DNA from: an uncultured Cytophagia bacterium
GTDB lineage: Bacteria > Zhuqueibacterota > Zhuqueibacteria > Thermofontimicrobiales > Thiofontviventaceae
DNA length: 64,000 nucleotides
Assembly (NCBI GenBank): GCA_964498785.1
Contig: CAZCJL010000008.1
Coordinates: 33,032-97,031 of the forward strand
Direction: 5' to 3'
Positions 19,744-30,466 of this stretch are shown here, piece after piece; within the stretch, counting starts at the first letter, position 1; each line of letters opens with the position of its first letter. Below the pieces are notes generated by a model. That model worked only from the letters and a program-made list of their open reading frames with translations. It was not told the origin of the DNA and ran no database searches. The translations under genes were made by a program, and so were the position numbers.

Positions 19744-20496
19744 CTAAATGATCTCAATTGCACTTTTTTTCACCCAGCCAACTTTGCCATCAGACAGGCG
19801 TATTTGTAGCCATTCGTCGGCCTGTTTTTCTGCCTGAACTTTAACGCCCTCATGTAGCGAAAATATTTCAGTCCCCTTACCTTCCGGCGAACTGACTACA
19901 TCAACCCTATTCGCAACGATAACGCCGTATTTATAGTTATTCAAATCCTGAATTCGCAAAACTAAAATAGTGGAAAAAATAACGAACATGAGCGCCACGG
20001 GGATACTTATAATCAATGTTATTCTCTGCGTATTTGTATTATTAATAAAAATACGGAAAATAACGAGCGAAATTAAAATGAGATACGCTGCAATCACAAT
20101 AAGTGCGAGTGTATTTAATCCCATTGAATTTTTAAACTCTGAAAATATTTTAAACAAAAAAAACTCTGGTGGTTTATTAATCTTATCGATCACCATTAAA
20201 TTTGCCATTTCCAGATTAAACTTGATATCCTCATTATCCGATTCCAGCAAATAAGCGCGTTCATAATTCAAAATGGCTTTGCCTAATTGCCCGTTTTTAT
20301 AATATGCATTTCCGAGGTTAAAATATAATTCCCATGATTCATATCCGTTCGTGCGAATTTCTTCATATTTTTCAATTGCTTGTTGATACTCATCCTGAGC
20401 ATAAAGAGTATTTCCCTGATCAAATAAATACTGATTATGATCAGCGAATAAAAAACGTGTTATTAGCATAAATATAATGAACGAATATTTTTTCAT
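19744..20496 (-). CDS. batE: BatE: TPR + SH3 domain protein
   Basis: TPR YFNLGNAYYK, two TMs, C-terminal LHEGVKV..WLQIRLSDGKVGWV; last bat gene. Confidence 0.85.
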   Translation of the reverse strand: MKKYSFIIFMLITRFLFADHNQYLFDQGNTLYAQDEYQQAIEKYEEIRTNGYESWELYFNLGNAYYKNGQLGKAILNYERAYLLESDNEDIKFNLEMANLMVIDKINKPPEFFLFKIFSEFKNSMGLNTLALIVIAAYLILISLVIFRIFINNTNTQRITLIISIPVALMFVIFSTILVLRIQDLNNYKYGVIVANRVDVVSSPEGKGTEIFSLHEGVKVQAEKQADEWLQIRLSDGKVGWVKKSAIEII

Positions 20497-20571
20497 TTGT
20501 GACTAATTTCCTCTGTCAATAGTTAATTTCACTCGTCTAATTCCAATGATTAATCATTTTCATATTAGTAT

Positions 20572-22422
20572 CTATATTACTTTTTCCAATGCAATGATAG
20601 CTTGCTTTGCCTGGTCATAAAATTGTTTCATTTCGTCCGAATTGGACGAGGAAGGAGCAAATCGTTGATAATCGCATACCTGCAGGCATTTCAAATATTG
20701 AGAAATCACCTGCGGATCAATATTCCGCTTTTTCATCATTCCTTCCACTTCATCTGTTATAATGGAGGCCGCGGAGATGTTTAATTTATCCGCGAGAAAA
20801 CCTAACAATGCTTTGGATGTTTCTGAATAGAATTCTTTTTGCGTTTGTTGCGATAATTTTCGTTTCGCCTTTCGTAATCGGTTCATTGCTAATTGATTGG
20901 CTTTTCGACTTCTGGCGTAAGCGACATTCCCACTGAGTTTATCAAGATGGCGGCGGTAGATGACTGCAGTTCCCAGCATGATAACAGGTAAAATCAGGAG
21001 CACAATATAAATCGGACTCCGATAATAATATGCACCAATTTTACGAAACTCAGGAATGTCTTTCTGTATGTAACGGATGTCTTTGCCTAATAATCTCACT
21101 TCTTCCTTACTTAAACCGGAGCCGGTGACAATAAATTCCTCATTTCCTTTGTCTACAGTAATTTCAATTTCCCGGGTTGATATTTTTTTGTATGATTTAC
21201 TGTTCGGATCAAAGTACGTAAATTCGATTGGTTTAATTTTCTGAATTCCAGGAAATCGAGGAATGAGTACATATTCAAAAACTTTAGAACCAGAAACGGA
21301 ATTTCCGCTGCGCTGAATATTTTCAGAGATCTTCGGTTCATATTTCTCAAAATCATTCGGTATTTCGATTTCAGGAATTGGCAAGACTTTAATATTTCCG
21401 CTACCGGCTAATTTTACTTTAAACGCCAGCGCGTCATTTGTTTTTACCTGGTTTTTATCAACTGATGCGCTAATTGAATAACGACCAACAGCTCCGGTAA
21501 AATCAGCCGGTTTTCCGTTCTCTGGCAATGGTAACACCTCAATAGTGACTGGCGGGGAAGCGACTGGCTGTCGCGTCGTTCGTCCGAAAAAGGGGTCATC
21601 AAAAAAACTGTCAAAAATGGATCGCCGCCGGTTTTGGATACGCACATCGCATTCAATAACCATTGGTTCGATTGTTTTTACACCGGGATCTGTTGGGAAT
21701 AGTGCAACTCGCTTAATTTCCGCAACTAAAAATTCCCGTCCTTTGTACATTTCCCGTTTCGTCTGTGGCTGTTGTCCCAAATCAAACTCTTCGGCCCAAA
21801 ACCCGGTTGTGTTTGGTTGTTTGCTGATCCCATAACTTGTTATTGTAACGGCTGTATATATTTTATACCTAAGAATAACCGGCTCATTTACATAAACCTG
21901 CTTTCTATTGACAAACGGTCGTAAGAAAATATTATCCGCTATTTTCTCTGCTTGACCAGGTTGACTTTGAGGGGGCTTGCGGGAGACGCTGGACTGTGGT
22001 TGCTTTGACGCCTGCTTTGTTATTTCTATTTCAATTGGCGCGGTTTTGTAAACTGTACCGCCATAATTAATTTGGGTTGGCGGAATTGTAAACGTTCCGG
22101 CCCTGGTTGCCATAAACGAAAAACTCATGGATTTGGAAACCGTCATTTTGCCGTTTACAATCTGTATGTTTTGTGATGTTCCCGAACTCCCTAAATAATT
22201 CGTGAAAGCCGAAATATCAGGAATTTCCGGGTTGCCAACGGAGTTTGCTTTTTCACCGGAAATTTCGATGGTATAGACAAATGTTTGATTCAAAGCAATT
22301 GTCGAACGATCAACTGTGGCTGAAATTTCTATCTGTGCGCCAGTTATAATCACCGGCAAAAACAATAATACAATTGTCAGGTATATTCTTGTATTAACCA
22401 AAATACTCATCTGTTTTACCAA
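20572..22422 (-). CDS. batD: BatD oxygen-tolerance family protein
   Basis: SATVDR..SQNIQIVNGK, FTGAVG, C-terminal TM and CDYQRFAP; operon position. Confidence 0.88.
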   Translation of the reverse strand: MVKQMSILVNTRIYLTIVLLFLPVIITGAQIEISATVDRSTIALNQTFVYTIEISGEKANSVGNPEIPDISAFTNYLGSSGTSQNIQIVNGKMTVSKSMSFSFMATRAGTFTIPPTQINYGGTVYKTAPIEIEITKQASKQPQSSVSRKPPQSQPGQAEKIADNIFLRPFVNRKQVYVNEPVILRYKIYTAVTITSYGISKQPNTTGFWAEEFDLGQQPQTKREMYKGREFLVAEIKRVALFPTDPGVKTIEPMVIECDVRIQNRRRSIFDSFFDDPFFGRTTRQPVASPPVTIEVLPLPENGKPADFTGAVGRYSISASVDKNQVKTNDALAFKVKLAGSGNIKVLPIPEIEIPNDFEKYEPKISENIQRSGNSVSGSKVFEYVLIPRFPGIQKIKPIEFTYFDPNSKSYKKISTREIEITVDKGNEEFIVTGSGLSKEEVRLLGKDIRYIQKDIPEFRKIGAYYYRSPIYIVLLILPVIMLGTAVIYRRHLDKLSGNVAYARSRKANQLAMNRLRKAKRKLSQQTQKEFYSETSKALLGFLADKLNISAASIITDEVEGMMKKRNIDPQVISQYLKCLQVCDYQRFAPSSSNSDEMKQFYDQAKQAIIALEKVI

Positions 22423-23147
22423 TCTTTTAATGCCCGATAATTCCCCGATGTTTTTGCTTTTCGTTGTTTCTGCAAATCTTTCTCATCATTTTTAAGTGCG
22501 TCTAAAATCCTCTCTGCATCTTCTTTTGACATTTTCTCCTGTTCTGGCTGTTGTTGCTGTTGTTCCTGTTGTTGCTGTTGTTCTTGTTGTTGCTGCTGCT
22601 CCTGATCCTGTTGTTGTTGCTCCTGCTTTTCGTCTTTGTTTTCATCTCCTTGCTGCTGTTGTTGTTCTTGTTGCTGCTGCTGTTGCTGTTGTTGATCATT
22701 TTGCTGCTGCTGTTTATCAGCCTGATCCTTTAACTTCTTGCGTACATATTCAAGGTTGTATTTGGCGTCCACGTCATCGGGATTGTATTTCAACGCCTGG
22801 GTATATGCCAGTATCGCTTCCGGCAATTTTCCCATGCGAAACAGGGTATTTCCCATATTATAATAATTTTTTGATTGCAACAAAATATCGTCTGTAGAAA
22901 GTGATTTTTCAAATTCTGTAATCGCTTCCTCATACTTTTTTTTCTTATACTGGGTAGCTCCGATATTAAAATGGATTTCTGCTGATTCCGGGTCATCAAG
23001 GAGAGCGTCCCGATATTTATTATTGGCCTCATCAAATTTTTTTTCGGTAAACAATTCATTTCCTTGGGCAACTTTATTACGTGCACTTTGCGAAAAACAA
23101 TATACCGGAACTAAAATCATTATAATCATTAAGCGTCTGAATTTCAT
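22416..23147 (-). CDS. batC: BatC: TPR protein with Gln-rich linker
   Basis: TPRs, DAKYNLE, poly-Q stretch, AERILDAL..KDW terminus. Confidence 0.88.
   Translation of the reverse strand: MKFRRLMIIMILVPVYCFSQSARNKVAQGNELFTEKKFDEANNKYRDALLDDPESAEIHFNIGATQYKKKKYEEAITEFEKSLSTDDILLQSKNYYNMGNTLFRMGKLPEAILAYTQALKYNPDDVDAKYNLEYVRKKLKDQADKQQQQNDQQQQQQQQQEQQQQQGDENKDEKQEQQQQDQEQQQQQEQQQQQEQQQQQPEQEKMSKEDAERILDALKNDEKDLQKQRKAKTSGNYRALKDW
22550..22712 (-). repeat. CAA/CAG poly-Gln low-complexity tract within batC
   Basis: Runs of tgt/tgc/ttg triplets on the + strand encoding Q-rich sequence. Confidence 0.8.
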
Positions 23148-23148
23148 A

Positions 23149-24180
23149 TTATAAAAACCTCCCCTTCCATTCTTTTTTCACTTTTTTTCGTTCTGAAATA
23201 AACATTTCAATTACAATAAAAAAAATCGCGAATATCAGGATATATTGAAACCGATCTTCATATTGGGAAAATTGAACAGAAGCCAGTTCCTTTTTCTCCA
23301 TTTTAAAAATATTATCATATATTTTACGCAGCTCATCTTCTCCGCCTGTCGCCCGAAAATACTTCCCATTCGTTTGCAAAGCGATCTTTTCTAATGTTAT
23401 TTCATCCAGTTTGCTGGTGACAACCTCGTCATCTCGATTTTTCTTAAAACCTGTTTTTCGACCTCGTTCATCAAACATCGGGATAGGAACACCTTTTACA
23501 GACCCAACGCCGACTGTATAAATTACCACACCTTCCTTTTCTGCGGCTTCGGCAGCTTTTAAAGGTTCTCCCTCATGATCTTCGCCATCTGTGATTAAAA
23601 CCAGCACCTTATGTTTTCGTTCACGCTGTTCAAAAGTTTCAACAGCTTTCATAATTGCTTGTGAAATCGCTGTTCCGGGCTGTGGAATTGTCTTTTCATC
23701 CATAATATCTAAAAACAACTTGGCCGCGCTGTAGTCCAATGTTAACGGACATTGTACAAAGGGAATCCCGGCAAATGCAATCAGTCCAACGCGGTCGCCT
23801 TTCAGCAAATCGATAAAGCTGGCGATTTCATGTTTTGCCTTTTCCAGGCGATTCGGTTTAATGTCCTCTGCTGTCATTGATAGAGAAACATCGAGGGCAA
23901 TAATTATATCCACTCCTTCGCGCTTCACTTCTTCAAGTTTTGTTCCGATTTGGGGGCGAGAAAGGGCGAGGATTATAAAGAACAAACCACACAATATCAA
24001 AAAAATTTTAAAAACCTGTCGACCGCGACTCGTCGAAACAGTCAATTTTTCAATGAGTTCCAAATTTCCAAATCGCTTTAGCGCATTTTTTTTCCACTTA
24101 AAAATGAACACAAAAAAAACAGTTAATATCGGAATCAACCATAATAAATGTAATAAATAAATATTATGAAATCTGAACAT
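23149..24180 (-). CDS. batB: BatB VWA-domain protein
   Basis: LDVSLSM MIDAS, CPLTLDY, ITDGEDHE, VVTSKLDE. Confidence 0.9.
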   Translation of the reverse strand: MFRFHNIYLLHLLWLIPILTVFFVFIFKWKKNALKRFGNLELIEKLTVSTSRGRQVFKIFLILCGLFFIILALSRPQIGTKLEEVKREGVDIIIALDVSLSMTAEDIKPNRLEKAKHEIASFIDLLKGDRVGLIAFAGIPFVQCPLTLDYSAAKLFLDIMDEKTIPQPGTAISQAIMKAVETFEQRERKHKVLVLITDGEDHEGEPLKAAEAAEKEGVVIYTVGVGSVKGVPIPMFDERGRKTGFKKNRDDEVVTSKLDEITLEKIALQTNGKYFRATGGEDELRKIYDNIFKMEKKELASVQFSQYEDRFQYILIFAIFFIVIEMFISERKKVKKEWKGRFL

Positions 24181-24205
24181 ATTTCACCTGATAACTTTAA
24201 TCATT

Positions 24206-25201
24206 TTAAGGAATCTTTCTAAATCGTGTATTGGCCAAAACAATTTCTAACATTAATACAGCAATCGCAGCAAGCAGAAAGTTGACAAACAGTTCGGTAT
24301 ATCGTGTAAATTCTTTTACTTCAATCTTCGTCTTTTCCATGTCACCAATTTCCTGGTAAATTCGCTCCAGGCTGGCTTTATCCGTTGCCCTGAAATACTG
24401 CCCCCCGGTGATATGTGCCATTTTTTTTAATACATCTTCATCGATATCGATCTGCACATATTGATAGCGCCGGCCTAAAAGCGGGTCATCAATGGGATAC
24501 GGCGCTTTGCCGCGTTTCCCTGCTCCGATGGTGTAAATCCGCACTCCCATTGTTTCTGCGACATTCGCAGCGGTAATCGGATCCAGCTCGCCGCGGTTAT
24601 TGCGGCCATCGGTTAACAATATCACCACCTTGCTTTTCGCCTTGCTATCTCGCAATCTATTAATACAATTTACAATTGCCATTCCGATTGCCGTTCCATC
24701 CTCCACCATTCCGATATAAATTTGATCCAGAAAATTTAGCAAAATGCCATAATCCAGGGTCAGCGGGCATTGTGTAAAACTTTTTCCGGAGAAAACAACC
24801 ATTCCGATGCGATCATTATATCGGCCGCGGACAAATTCTTTGGCAACATCTTTTGCCACATCCAGCCGATTTTTTCCGCGGGCCAGATCTTCTGCTTTCA
24901 TACTACTGGAAATATCCATCGCCAAAATAATATCGATACCTTCGGTGATAATTTCTTCTTCAGTGCTGCCAGATTGTGGTCGGGCAAAGGCCAAAATCAT
25001 CAAGCCAACAGCAATCACCCGTAAAACAACCAGGATATGGCGATATTTTCGCGACGGAGATTTATTCACTGATTTTATCACTCCAAGATTGGAGAAGCGT
25101 AATGTTCCGCCCCGATGAATATTCTTCCTGAGATACCAGTAAATCATCAGTGGAATAATTACTAATAATCCTAAGAATTCAGGATTGGCAAATCTAAACA
25201 T
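24206..25201 (-). CDS. batA: BatA VWA-domain protein
   Basis: MFRFANP, ARPQ, MDISSSM, DGTAIG, LLTDGRNN, TGGQYFRATD. Confidence 0.92.
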   Translation of the reverse strand: MFRFANPEFLGLLVIIPLMIYWYLRKNIHRGGTLRFSNLGVIKSVNKSPSRKYRHILVVLRVIAVGLMILAFARPQSGSTEEEIITEGIDIILAMDISSSMKAEDLARGKNRLDVAKDVAKEFVRGRYNDRIGMVVFSGKSFTQCPLTLDYGILLNFLDQIYIGMVEDGTAIGMAIVNCINRLRDSKAKSKVVILLTDGRNNRGELDPITAANVAETMGVRIYTIGAGKRGKAPYPIDDPLLGRRYQYVQIDIDEDVLKKMAHITGGQYFRATDKASLERIYQEIGDMEKTKIEVKEFTRYTELFVNFLLAAIAVLMLEIVLANTRFRKIP

Positions 25202-25204
25202 CTG

Positions 25205-26263
25205 TTATTCCACCTCCTTTTCTACCTGATCAGTTTTCGGTTCCTGGTTCTCATCTTCCAATTCGCATTGTTCGTCATTCTGTTTTTGCGGACTTCCATC
25301 GTGTAAATCGTCCGATGTCGCTTCATCCTTTATTACAATTTTGGTCGTATTAACAATATCATAGGCTAATTGGACAGTTTTTTCATGCTCATCATCATCA
25401 GGAACATATTTGGCAAATTTCACAAAATCGCATTGATGGAGAAATTCAGCGACCATTTGAATTATATCCTCATAAATTTCCGCTTCATTCATATTTTGCA
25501 GCAGCTCTGTGGTCGTCATCTCAATTGCAACGATATAAAATCGTCCTTCAATATATCTTCGAATAATATCTGAAATTTCAATATAAAATAATTTTATTTC
25601 ACCTTTTTTAATCAGATCGGATCTGGTTAGTTTGCCCAGTTCTTCCAAAGCGATTTCATGAGGAGGTCGAGGCGGTTTTCCGCGAATGGGTATCAGGCTT
25701 TTCCCCTCACGTTTGCGTTTGATAAAGTAATAGGCTAATATGGCAATTAACAGTAATACCAGCACCACGGCGCTTATACGCATCAGCCGGGAATAATCCC
25801 GTTGTAATTCCAATGGAGGTTTGATGTCCCGGATATCGCCTTCTTCACTGGGCTGCAAACTTTCCACAACAATTTTAATTGATTCAGTTGCCAGCTCCTG
25901 CCATGTTGTATCATCCTTCATTGAAAAGCGAACAGTGGCCGGAGGGATTTCAAATTCGCCGGTAACAAAGGTTGAAATTATGTACTCTTTTGTCAGCGCA
26001 ATTTTACCATTTCGTTTGATTGGTTCCGGATCGTTGTATCCGAGAATCTCAAAATTTCCCAGATTCGCACCGAATTCAGGAAATTCGACGTCAATCGGCT
26101 GGTCTTTTGTGATAATAATTGAGTAGGTAATTTGGTCGCCAATCGTTATTTTCGTGCGATCCACTTTCGATTCAACGGAAATACTGCCCTGTTGTGAAAA
26201 GCCGACCTGCATATATAATAGAATCCATAAAACCGTTGAAAATGCAGAGATTCTCCTCATCAT
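25205..26263 (-). CDS. Bat-operon membrane protein (BatD-N-like domain + TM + DUF4381-like)
   Basis: Likely start at ATG 26263. DIRDIKPP, TM, PPHEIALEEL, EMTTTE, DFVKFAKY. Confidence 0.75.
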   Translation of the reverse strand: MMRRISAFSTVLWILLYMQVGFSQQGSISVESKVDRTKITIGDQITYSIIITKDQPIDVEFPEFGANLGNFEILGYNDPEPIKRNGKIALTKEYIISTFVTGEFEIPPATVRFSMKDDTTWQELATESIKIVVESLQPSEEGDIRDIKPPLELQRDYSRLMRISAVVLVLLLIAILAYYFIKRKREGKSLIPIRGKPPRPPHEIALEELGKLTRSDLIKKGEIKLFYIEISDIIRRYIEGRFYIVAIEMTTTELLQNMNEAEIYEDIIQMVAEFLHQCDFVKFAKYVPDDDEHEKTVQLAYDIVNTTKIVIKDEATSDDLHDGSPQKQNDEQCELEDENQEPKTDQVEKEVE

Positions 26264-26273
26264 AAAAATCAAC

Positions 26274-27212
26274 CTATTGTAATTTATCCTCGTAAATTTC
26301 AGCACTTTCCGCACGCATTAACTGTGCAGTCATTTGTTCCAGCGCTTCCTGTTGTCGTTCCATTATCAAATCCTGTGCAGCCTGTTGTTTTACCTCATCA
26401 AAAGATTTCTGGCGTTTTATATTGCCCTCGTCGTCTTTTTCAGCGTATTTTTCTTTATTTGCATTATAATATAATTCCACATCCGCGGGTTCAATTTTGA
26501 CTCGCTGTTCAATTTCTTTTTTCAAAAGATGCTGCACCATAATTTCACGCTTGGCCTGAAAAGCAGCTTCAATTATTTCCGCCTCTTTATCCAGTTCTTC
26601 TCGTTTTGCTTTGTCATATAAAATTTCTGTTAAAAGATATTGTTGCACAAACTGCAATTTTTTCTCTTTAGTATTAAATTGAGATCGAAGATATGGAGGC
26701 AGTTGGTTTAATTCAAAATCAATATCACCCTGAGTTATTTCCCTGTCGCCAATTTTTGCCACTACTGCACCAGGGCGTTTTTTACGAATTTTATCGGGCT
26801 CAAGACTTGTGGTCTCTTCCAGCGCCTGAATTGCATCTTCCGATCGCTGCAATCGTTCCAGACACGCCACGATTTTTTTATTGGCCTCTGTAACCAGTTT
26901 ACTTTCCGGATACAAATATTTTATTTTCAGGTAATAAGCAAGTGCATTTTCATAATCGCGCATTCTCTCAAAATAGATATCGCCGATGACATAATTTATA
27001 TTTGCCTGCTCAGTCACATCCAAATCATAACTATTCAAATAAAATTCATATTGTTGGATGGATTGATGAAACAACTGACGATTATAAAGCACATTCGCAA
27101 AATCTCTGGCGTTACTTTTACCGATAGCTGGCTCTGTTTTATTTTCAGAGCAACCTGTTATAAGGGCAATCAGTAAAATAAAGAATAACAGTTTTGGATA
27201 AATATCCCTCAT
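26274..27212 (-). CDS. Lipoprotein with TPR region and SurA/PrsA N-terminal-like domain
   Basis: Lipobox LITGC, TPR-like helices, VVAKIGDREIT..LPP, VELYYNANKEKY, KSFDEVK. No PPIase core recognised. Confidence 0.7.
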   Translation of the reverse strand: MRDIYPKLLFFILLIALITGCSENKTEPAIGKSNARDFANVLYNRQLFHQSIQQYEFYLNSYDLDVTEQANINYVIGDIYFERMRDYENALAYYLKIKYLYPESKLVTEANKKIVACLERLQRSEDAIQALEETTSLEPDKIRKKRPGAVVAKIGDREITQGDIDFELNQLPPYLRSQFNTKEKKLQFVQQYLLTEILYDKAKREELDKEAEIIEAAFQAKREIMVQHLLKKEIEQRVKIEPADVELYYNANKEKYAEKDDEGNIKRQKSFDEVKQQAAQDLIMERQQEALEQMTAQLMRAESAEIYEDKLQ

Positions 27213-27231
27213 TTTAAAACCTCCTTTGTTA

Positions 27232-28107
27232 TCATAACCGTTTCGCTCTCATGCGAAAAAAACGAATCAGAGGCTCTACATAAGATTCGTTTGTTTTTAT
27301 CTCGATATGGTCAGTATTTAACGACTGGAATAATTTCGTGCGCTCCCGAACCCTTTCTGCTGTTTGATGGCTGTATGTGGTTCTCGTCTCTGTGTGCGAT
27401 GTATCCACAAGCACGACCTCACCAGTTTCGGCGTCCTCTAATTCGATGAATCCCACATCCGGCATACTGAGTTCTCTCGGATCAGTGACCGTTATCGCGA
27501 CAATATCGTGCCTTTTATTTGCAATTTGCAGCGCTTTTTCATATCCTTCATCAATAAAATCTGATACTAAAAAGACAACGCTTCGCCGTGTGGTTACCCG
27601 GGTTAAATATTCCAGCGCTTCCTGAATATTCGTTTGTGTCCCTTTTGGTTTATGATATAACAGCTCTCGCAGAACACGCAACACGTGCGTTTTCCCTTTT
27701 TTCGGCGGAACAAATTTTTCCACTTCATTGGTAAAAATAATCAATCCGACTTTATCATTGTTTTTAATTGCCGAGAACGCGAGCAGTGCACAAATTTCAA
27801 TAGCAATTTCTCCCTTCATTTGCTCTACTGTGCCAAAATTCCCTGACGAACTGACATCAACAAGGAGCATGACTGTTAATTCGCGTTCTTCCTCAAAAAC
27901 CTTTACATACGGATGTCCCATGCGAGCCGTTACATTCCAGTCGATAGTACGAATATCATCTCCGATCTGATATTCCCGTACCTCTGAAAATTCCATTCCG
28001 CGACCCTTAAAAACAGAGTGATATTCGCCGGAAAAAATATCATTTACCAGACCACGGGTTGTAATTTCAATCCGTTTAACTTTTTTTAATATTTCTTTTG
28101 AAATCAT
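27232..28107 (-). CDS. DUF58 family protein (MoxR-associated)
   Basis: GEYHSVFKGRGMEFSEVREYQIGDDIRTIDWNVTAR, EEERE. Confidence 0.93.
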   Translation of the reverse strand: MISKEILKKVKRIEITTRGLVNDIFSGEYHSVFKGRGMEFSEVREYQIGDDIRTIDWNVTARMGHPYVKVFEEERELTVMLLVDVSSSGNFGTVEQMKGEIAIEICALLAFSAIKNNDKVGLIIFTNEVEKFVPPKKGKTHVLRVLRELLYHKPKGTQTNIQEALEYLTRVTTRRSVVFLVSDFIDEGYEKALQIANKRHDIVAITVTDPRELSMPDVGFIELEDAETGEVVLVDTSHTETRTTYSHQTAERVRERTKLFQSLNTDHIEIKTNESYVEPLIRFFRMRAKRL

Positions 28108-28170
28108 ACGCTTTATTAATTATTATTTTGTTTGAATTGCGTGCTACTTTTTGGGGGACAATAATTTCGA

Positions 28171-29160
28171 TTAAGGTACTTCAATTCTATTTAGCACCTG
28201 ACGGACAATATCTTCTGCTGTCTTCTCTTCTGCTTCAGCTTCATACGTAATAATCACTCTGTGGCGCAACACGTCCGGCCCGATAGAGAGAACATCTTCA
28301 GGCGTAACATAGCCGCGATGACGAAGAAAAGCATGTGCCTTTGCTGCTAACGCAAGATTTATCGATGCCCGCGGGGAAGCGCCATATTTGATCAGCGGTT
28401 CCAGTTCTTTCAATTTATAGTCCCCGGGATTTCGCGTAGCAAAAACGATATCGATTATATATCGCTCGATTTTTTCGTCCATATAAACTTCCTGCACAAC
28501 AGAACGGGCTTTGATAATTTCCTCCGGAGTTACCACGGGTGACACAGTCGGCATTTCTTTTTGCGTCATGCGGCGCATAATTTCCAGCTCTTCTTCTTTA
28601 TTGGGATAGCCGATTAATAATTTTAGCATAAAGCGGTCAATTTGCGCTTCTGGCAAAGGATATGTTCCTTCCTGTTCGATAGGGTTTTGCGTTGCAAGCA
28701 CCAGGAACGGATCGTCCAGGTAAAACGTTTCATCGCCAATAGTCACCTGGCGCTCTTGCATTGCTTCTAACAGCGCTGATTGAACCTTTGCCGGAGAGCG
28801 ATTAATTTCGTCTGCCAAAATTAAATTAGAAAAAATAGGTCCCGTTTTGGTCATAAATTTACCGGTACTCTGATCATAAATCAGCGTTCCGATTAAATCG
28901 GCGGGTAATAAATCAGGAGTAAATTGGATGCGTTGAAATTTTGTTTGAATTGCAGCGGATAGCGTTTTTACTGCCAGTGTTTTTGCAAGACCAGGCACAC
29001 CTTCCAAATGAATATGGCCATTTGATAACATGCCAATTAATAGCCGTTCAATCATGTATTTCTGGCCAACAATCACCTTCCCGACCTCGGTCATAATCTT
29101 ATCAACAAAAACGCTTTCTTTTTTTATTTTTTCATTGATCGCTTGAATATCGACGTTCAT
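28171..29160 (-). CDS. moxR: MoxR-family AAA+ ATPase
   Basis: LEGVPGLAKT, RIQFTPDLLPADLIG, LADEINR, ATQNPIEQEGTYPLPEAQ.DRF, GASPRA. Confidence 0.95.
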   Translation of the reverse strand: MNVDIQAINEKIKKESVFVDKIMTEVGKVIVGQKYMIERLLIGMLSNGHIHLEGVPGLAKTLAVKTLSAAIQTKFQRIQFTPDLLPADLIGTLIYDQSTGKFMTKTGPIFSNLILADEINRSPAKVQSALLEAMQERQVTIGDETFYLDDPFLVLATQNPIEQEGTYPLPEAQIDRFMLKLLIGYPNKEEELEIMRRMTQKEMPTVSPVVTPEEIIKARSVVQEVYMDEKIERYIIDIVFATRNPGDYKLKELEPLIKYGASPRASINLALAAKAHAFLRHRGYVTPEDVLSIGPDVLRHRVIITYEAEAEEKTAEDIVRQVLNRIEVP

Positions 29161-29243
29161 CGATGCCTCCTACGGATTAACATTCATCTTTATCATCGGT
29201 ATAGATTCAAATTAAATATCATTATTTATTTTCAAATTTTATT

Positions 29244-30212
29244 TCAGGACTCTTTATAGAGCTTTGTTTTGGCCTCTTGCAAATTCCGATCCAGCATATC
29301 TTCATAAAGCGTGTACAGCCTTTCCAATTCGGCCCGTTCACCAACACTGCCGGAGAATTTGATCACATCAGTGGTATTTAATATCTCTGCTGTATTATTA
29401 ATTAGACTTTCAGAAACATCATTTTGTTTTAATCGCTGAATAATTTCTTCAGAGATCGCGGTCGTTGCGGGAATTTCATATTTTTCCGAAAGATATTTTT
29501 TAAGAAGAGCCGAAAGTTGAGAATACCCCTCTTTTAAATTGAGGGAAGGATTATTAATGGGAACGGATGCTTTTAGCTGTTTCAGATAATCCTCTTCAAT
29601 CGGGGCCATGGCGGCCGCTTCTTCTTCTTGTTTGCGTCTATTTTCAACCCGCCGTTTCTGTCCCCAGAATATCGCTACTCCCAGGACGATTAAAATGAGA
29701 AAAAGAACAACCCACTTAATCAATCCTTTTTTTGAACCCGGTTCAGGCACAGGGTCGATAACTTTCACTTCCAGGCGGTTCGTTACCAGATGCTTGCCTT
29801 CTCCGGCAGCCGTATCAATATATTTTACGATAACGCCCTCAATATAACCCATGCCGAGTTCAAGCGGAATTAACTCAAATTCAAAGGTTTTAATTGCTTT
29901 TAATTCACCATCGATCATTTCACGACGATCCGAGCTGGAATTAGATTGTATCGTAAAATTCCTGACAACCGGGTCTTCCACTTCGCTGATTTCATATCGA
30001 CTTAATTCCCCAAACCATTCTACCCGGATTGTGAAAATGAGAGGCCGATTTAGCGGCACTTCTTTTGAAGAAACGCTTGCTTTCATTTTTATACCAGAAG
30101 CCACCGGATTGGGCTGCATAATCTCTGTAGAATCCGGTGGTAAAGTCTGCGCGTATAACATTGAGAAAACGAGAACTCCTGCAATGAGAAAGATAAAAAT
30201 TTTAATTTTCAT
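29244..30212 (-). CDS. BatD-N-like membrane protein upstream of moxR
   Basis: Signal peptide, MKASVS Ig-like domain, TM, YLSEKY..DVIKFS tail resembling 25205..26263. Confidence 0.65.
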   Translation of the reverse strand: MKIKIFIFLIAGVLVFSMLYAQTLPPDSTEIMQPNPVASGIKMKASVSSKEVPLNRPLIFTIRVEWFGELSRYEISEVEDPVVRNFTIQSNSSSDRREMIDGELKAIKTFEFELIPLELGMGYIEGVIVKYIDTAAGEGKHLVTNRLEVKVIDPVPEPGSKKGLIKWVVLFLILIVLGVAIFWGQKRRVENRRKQEEEAAAMAPIEEDYLKQLKASVPINNPSLNLKEGYSQLSALLKKYLSEKYEIPATTAISEEIIQRLKQNDVSESLINNTAEILNTTDVIKFSGSVGERAELERLYTLYEDMLDRNLQEAKTKLYKES

Positions 30213-30395
30213 ACTTCCCTCTAAAATTTCTTTATTGTGAAACGTGAATGATATTTTAAAGTTCCGGTATTGCTGACGCCTGTTTTCATCAACACAGTCG
30301 AACTTATTTAATAGTATGTGAGTTTACTTAGCGGTATTTTCTATTCAATTTTAACAATTGAAGTGATGAGAAGCCTTTTTAAAACGAAAGCCAAG

Positions 30396-30441
30396 AAAAA
30401 GCCGAAGTGTTTAATCGTTCTTGAATTAAACCCATCGGCTT
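30396..30441 (-). terminator. Probable intrinsic terminator after the clpB-TPR genes
   Basis: Imperfect hairpin AAGCCGA..GTTTAAT / ATTAAAC..TCGGCTT followed by a T-run on the minus strand. Confidence 0.5.
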
Positions 30442-30466
30442 AACAGTTCTTAAATTTTGGCGGTCC

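Noticed and set aside
22496-22897. Leu-rich, Val/Ala-rich and Asn-rich ORFs overlapping batC
   Set aside because: They are alternative-frame or antisense readings of the CAA/CAG poly-Gln tract.
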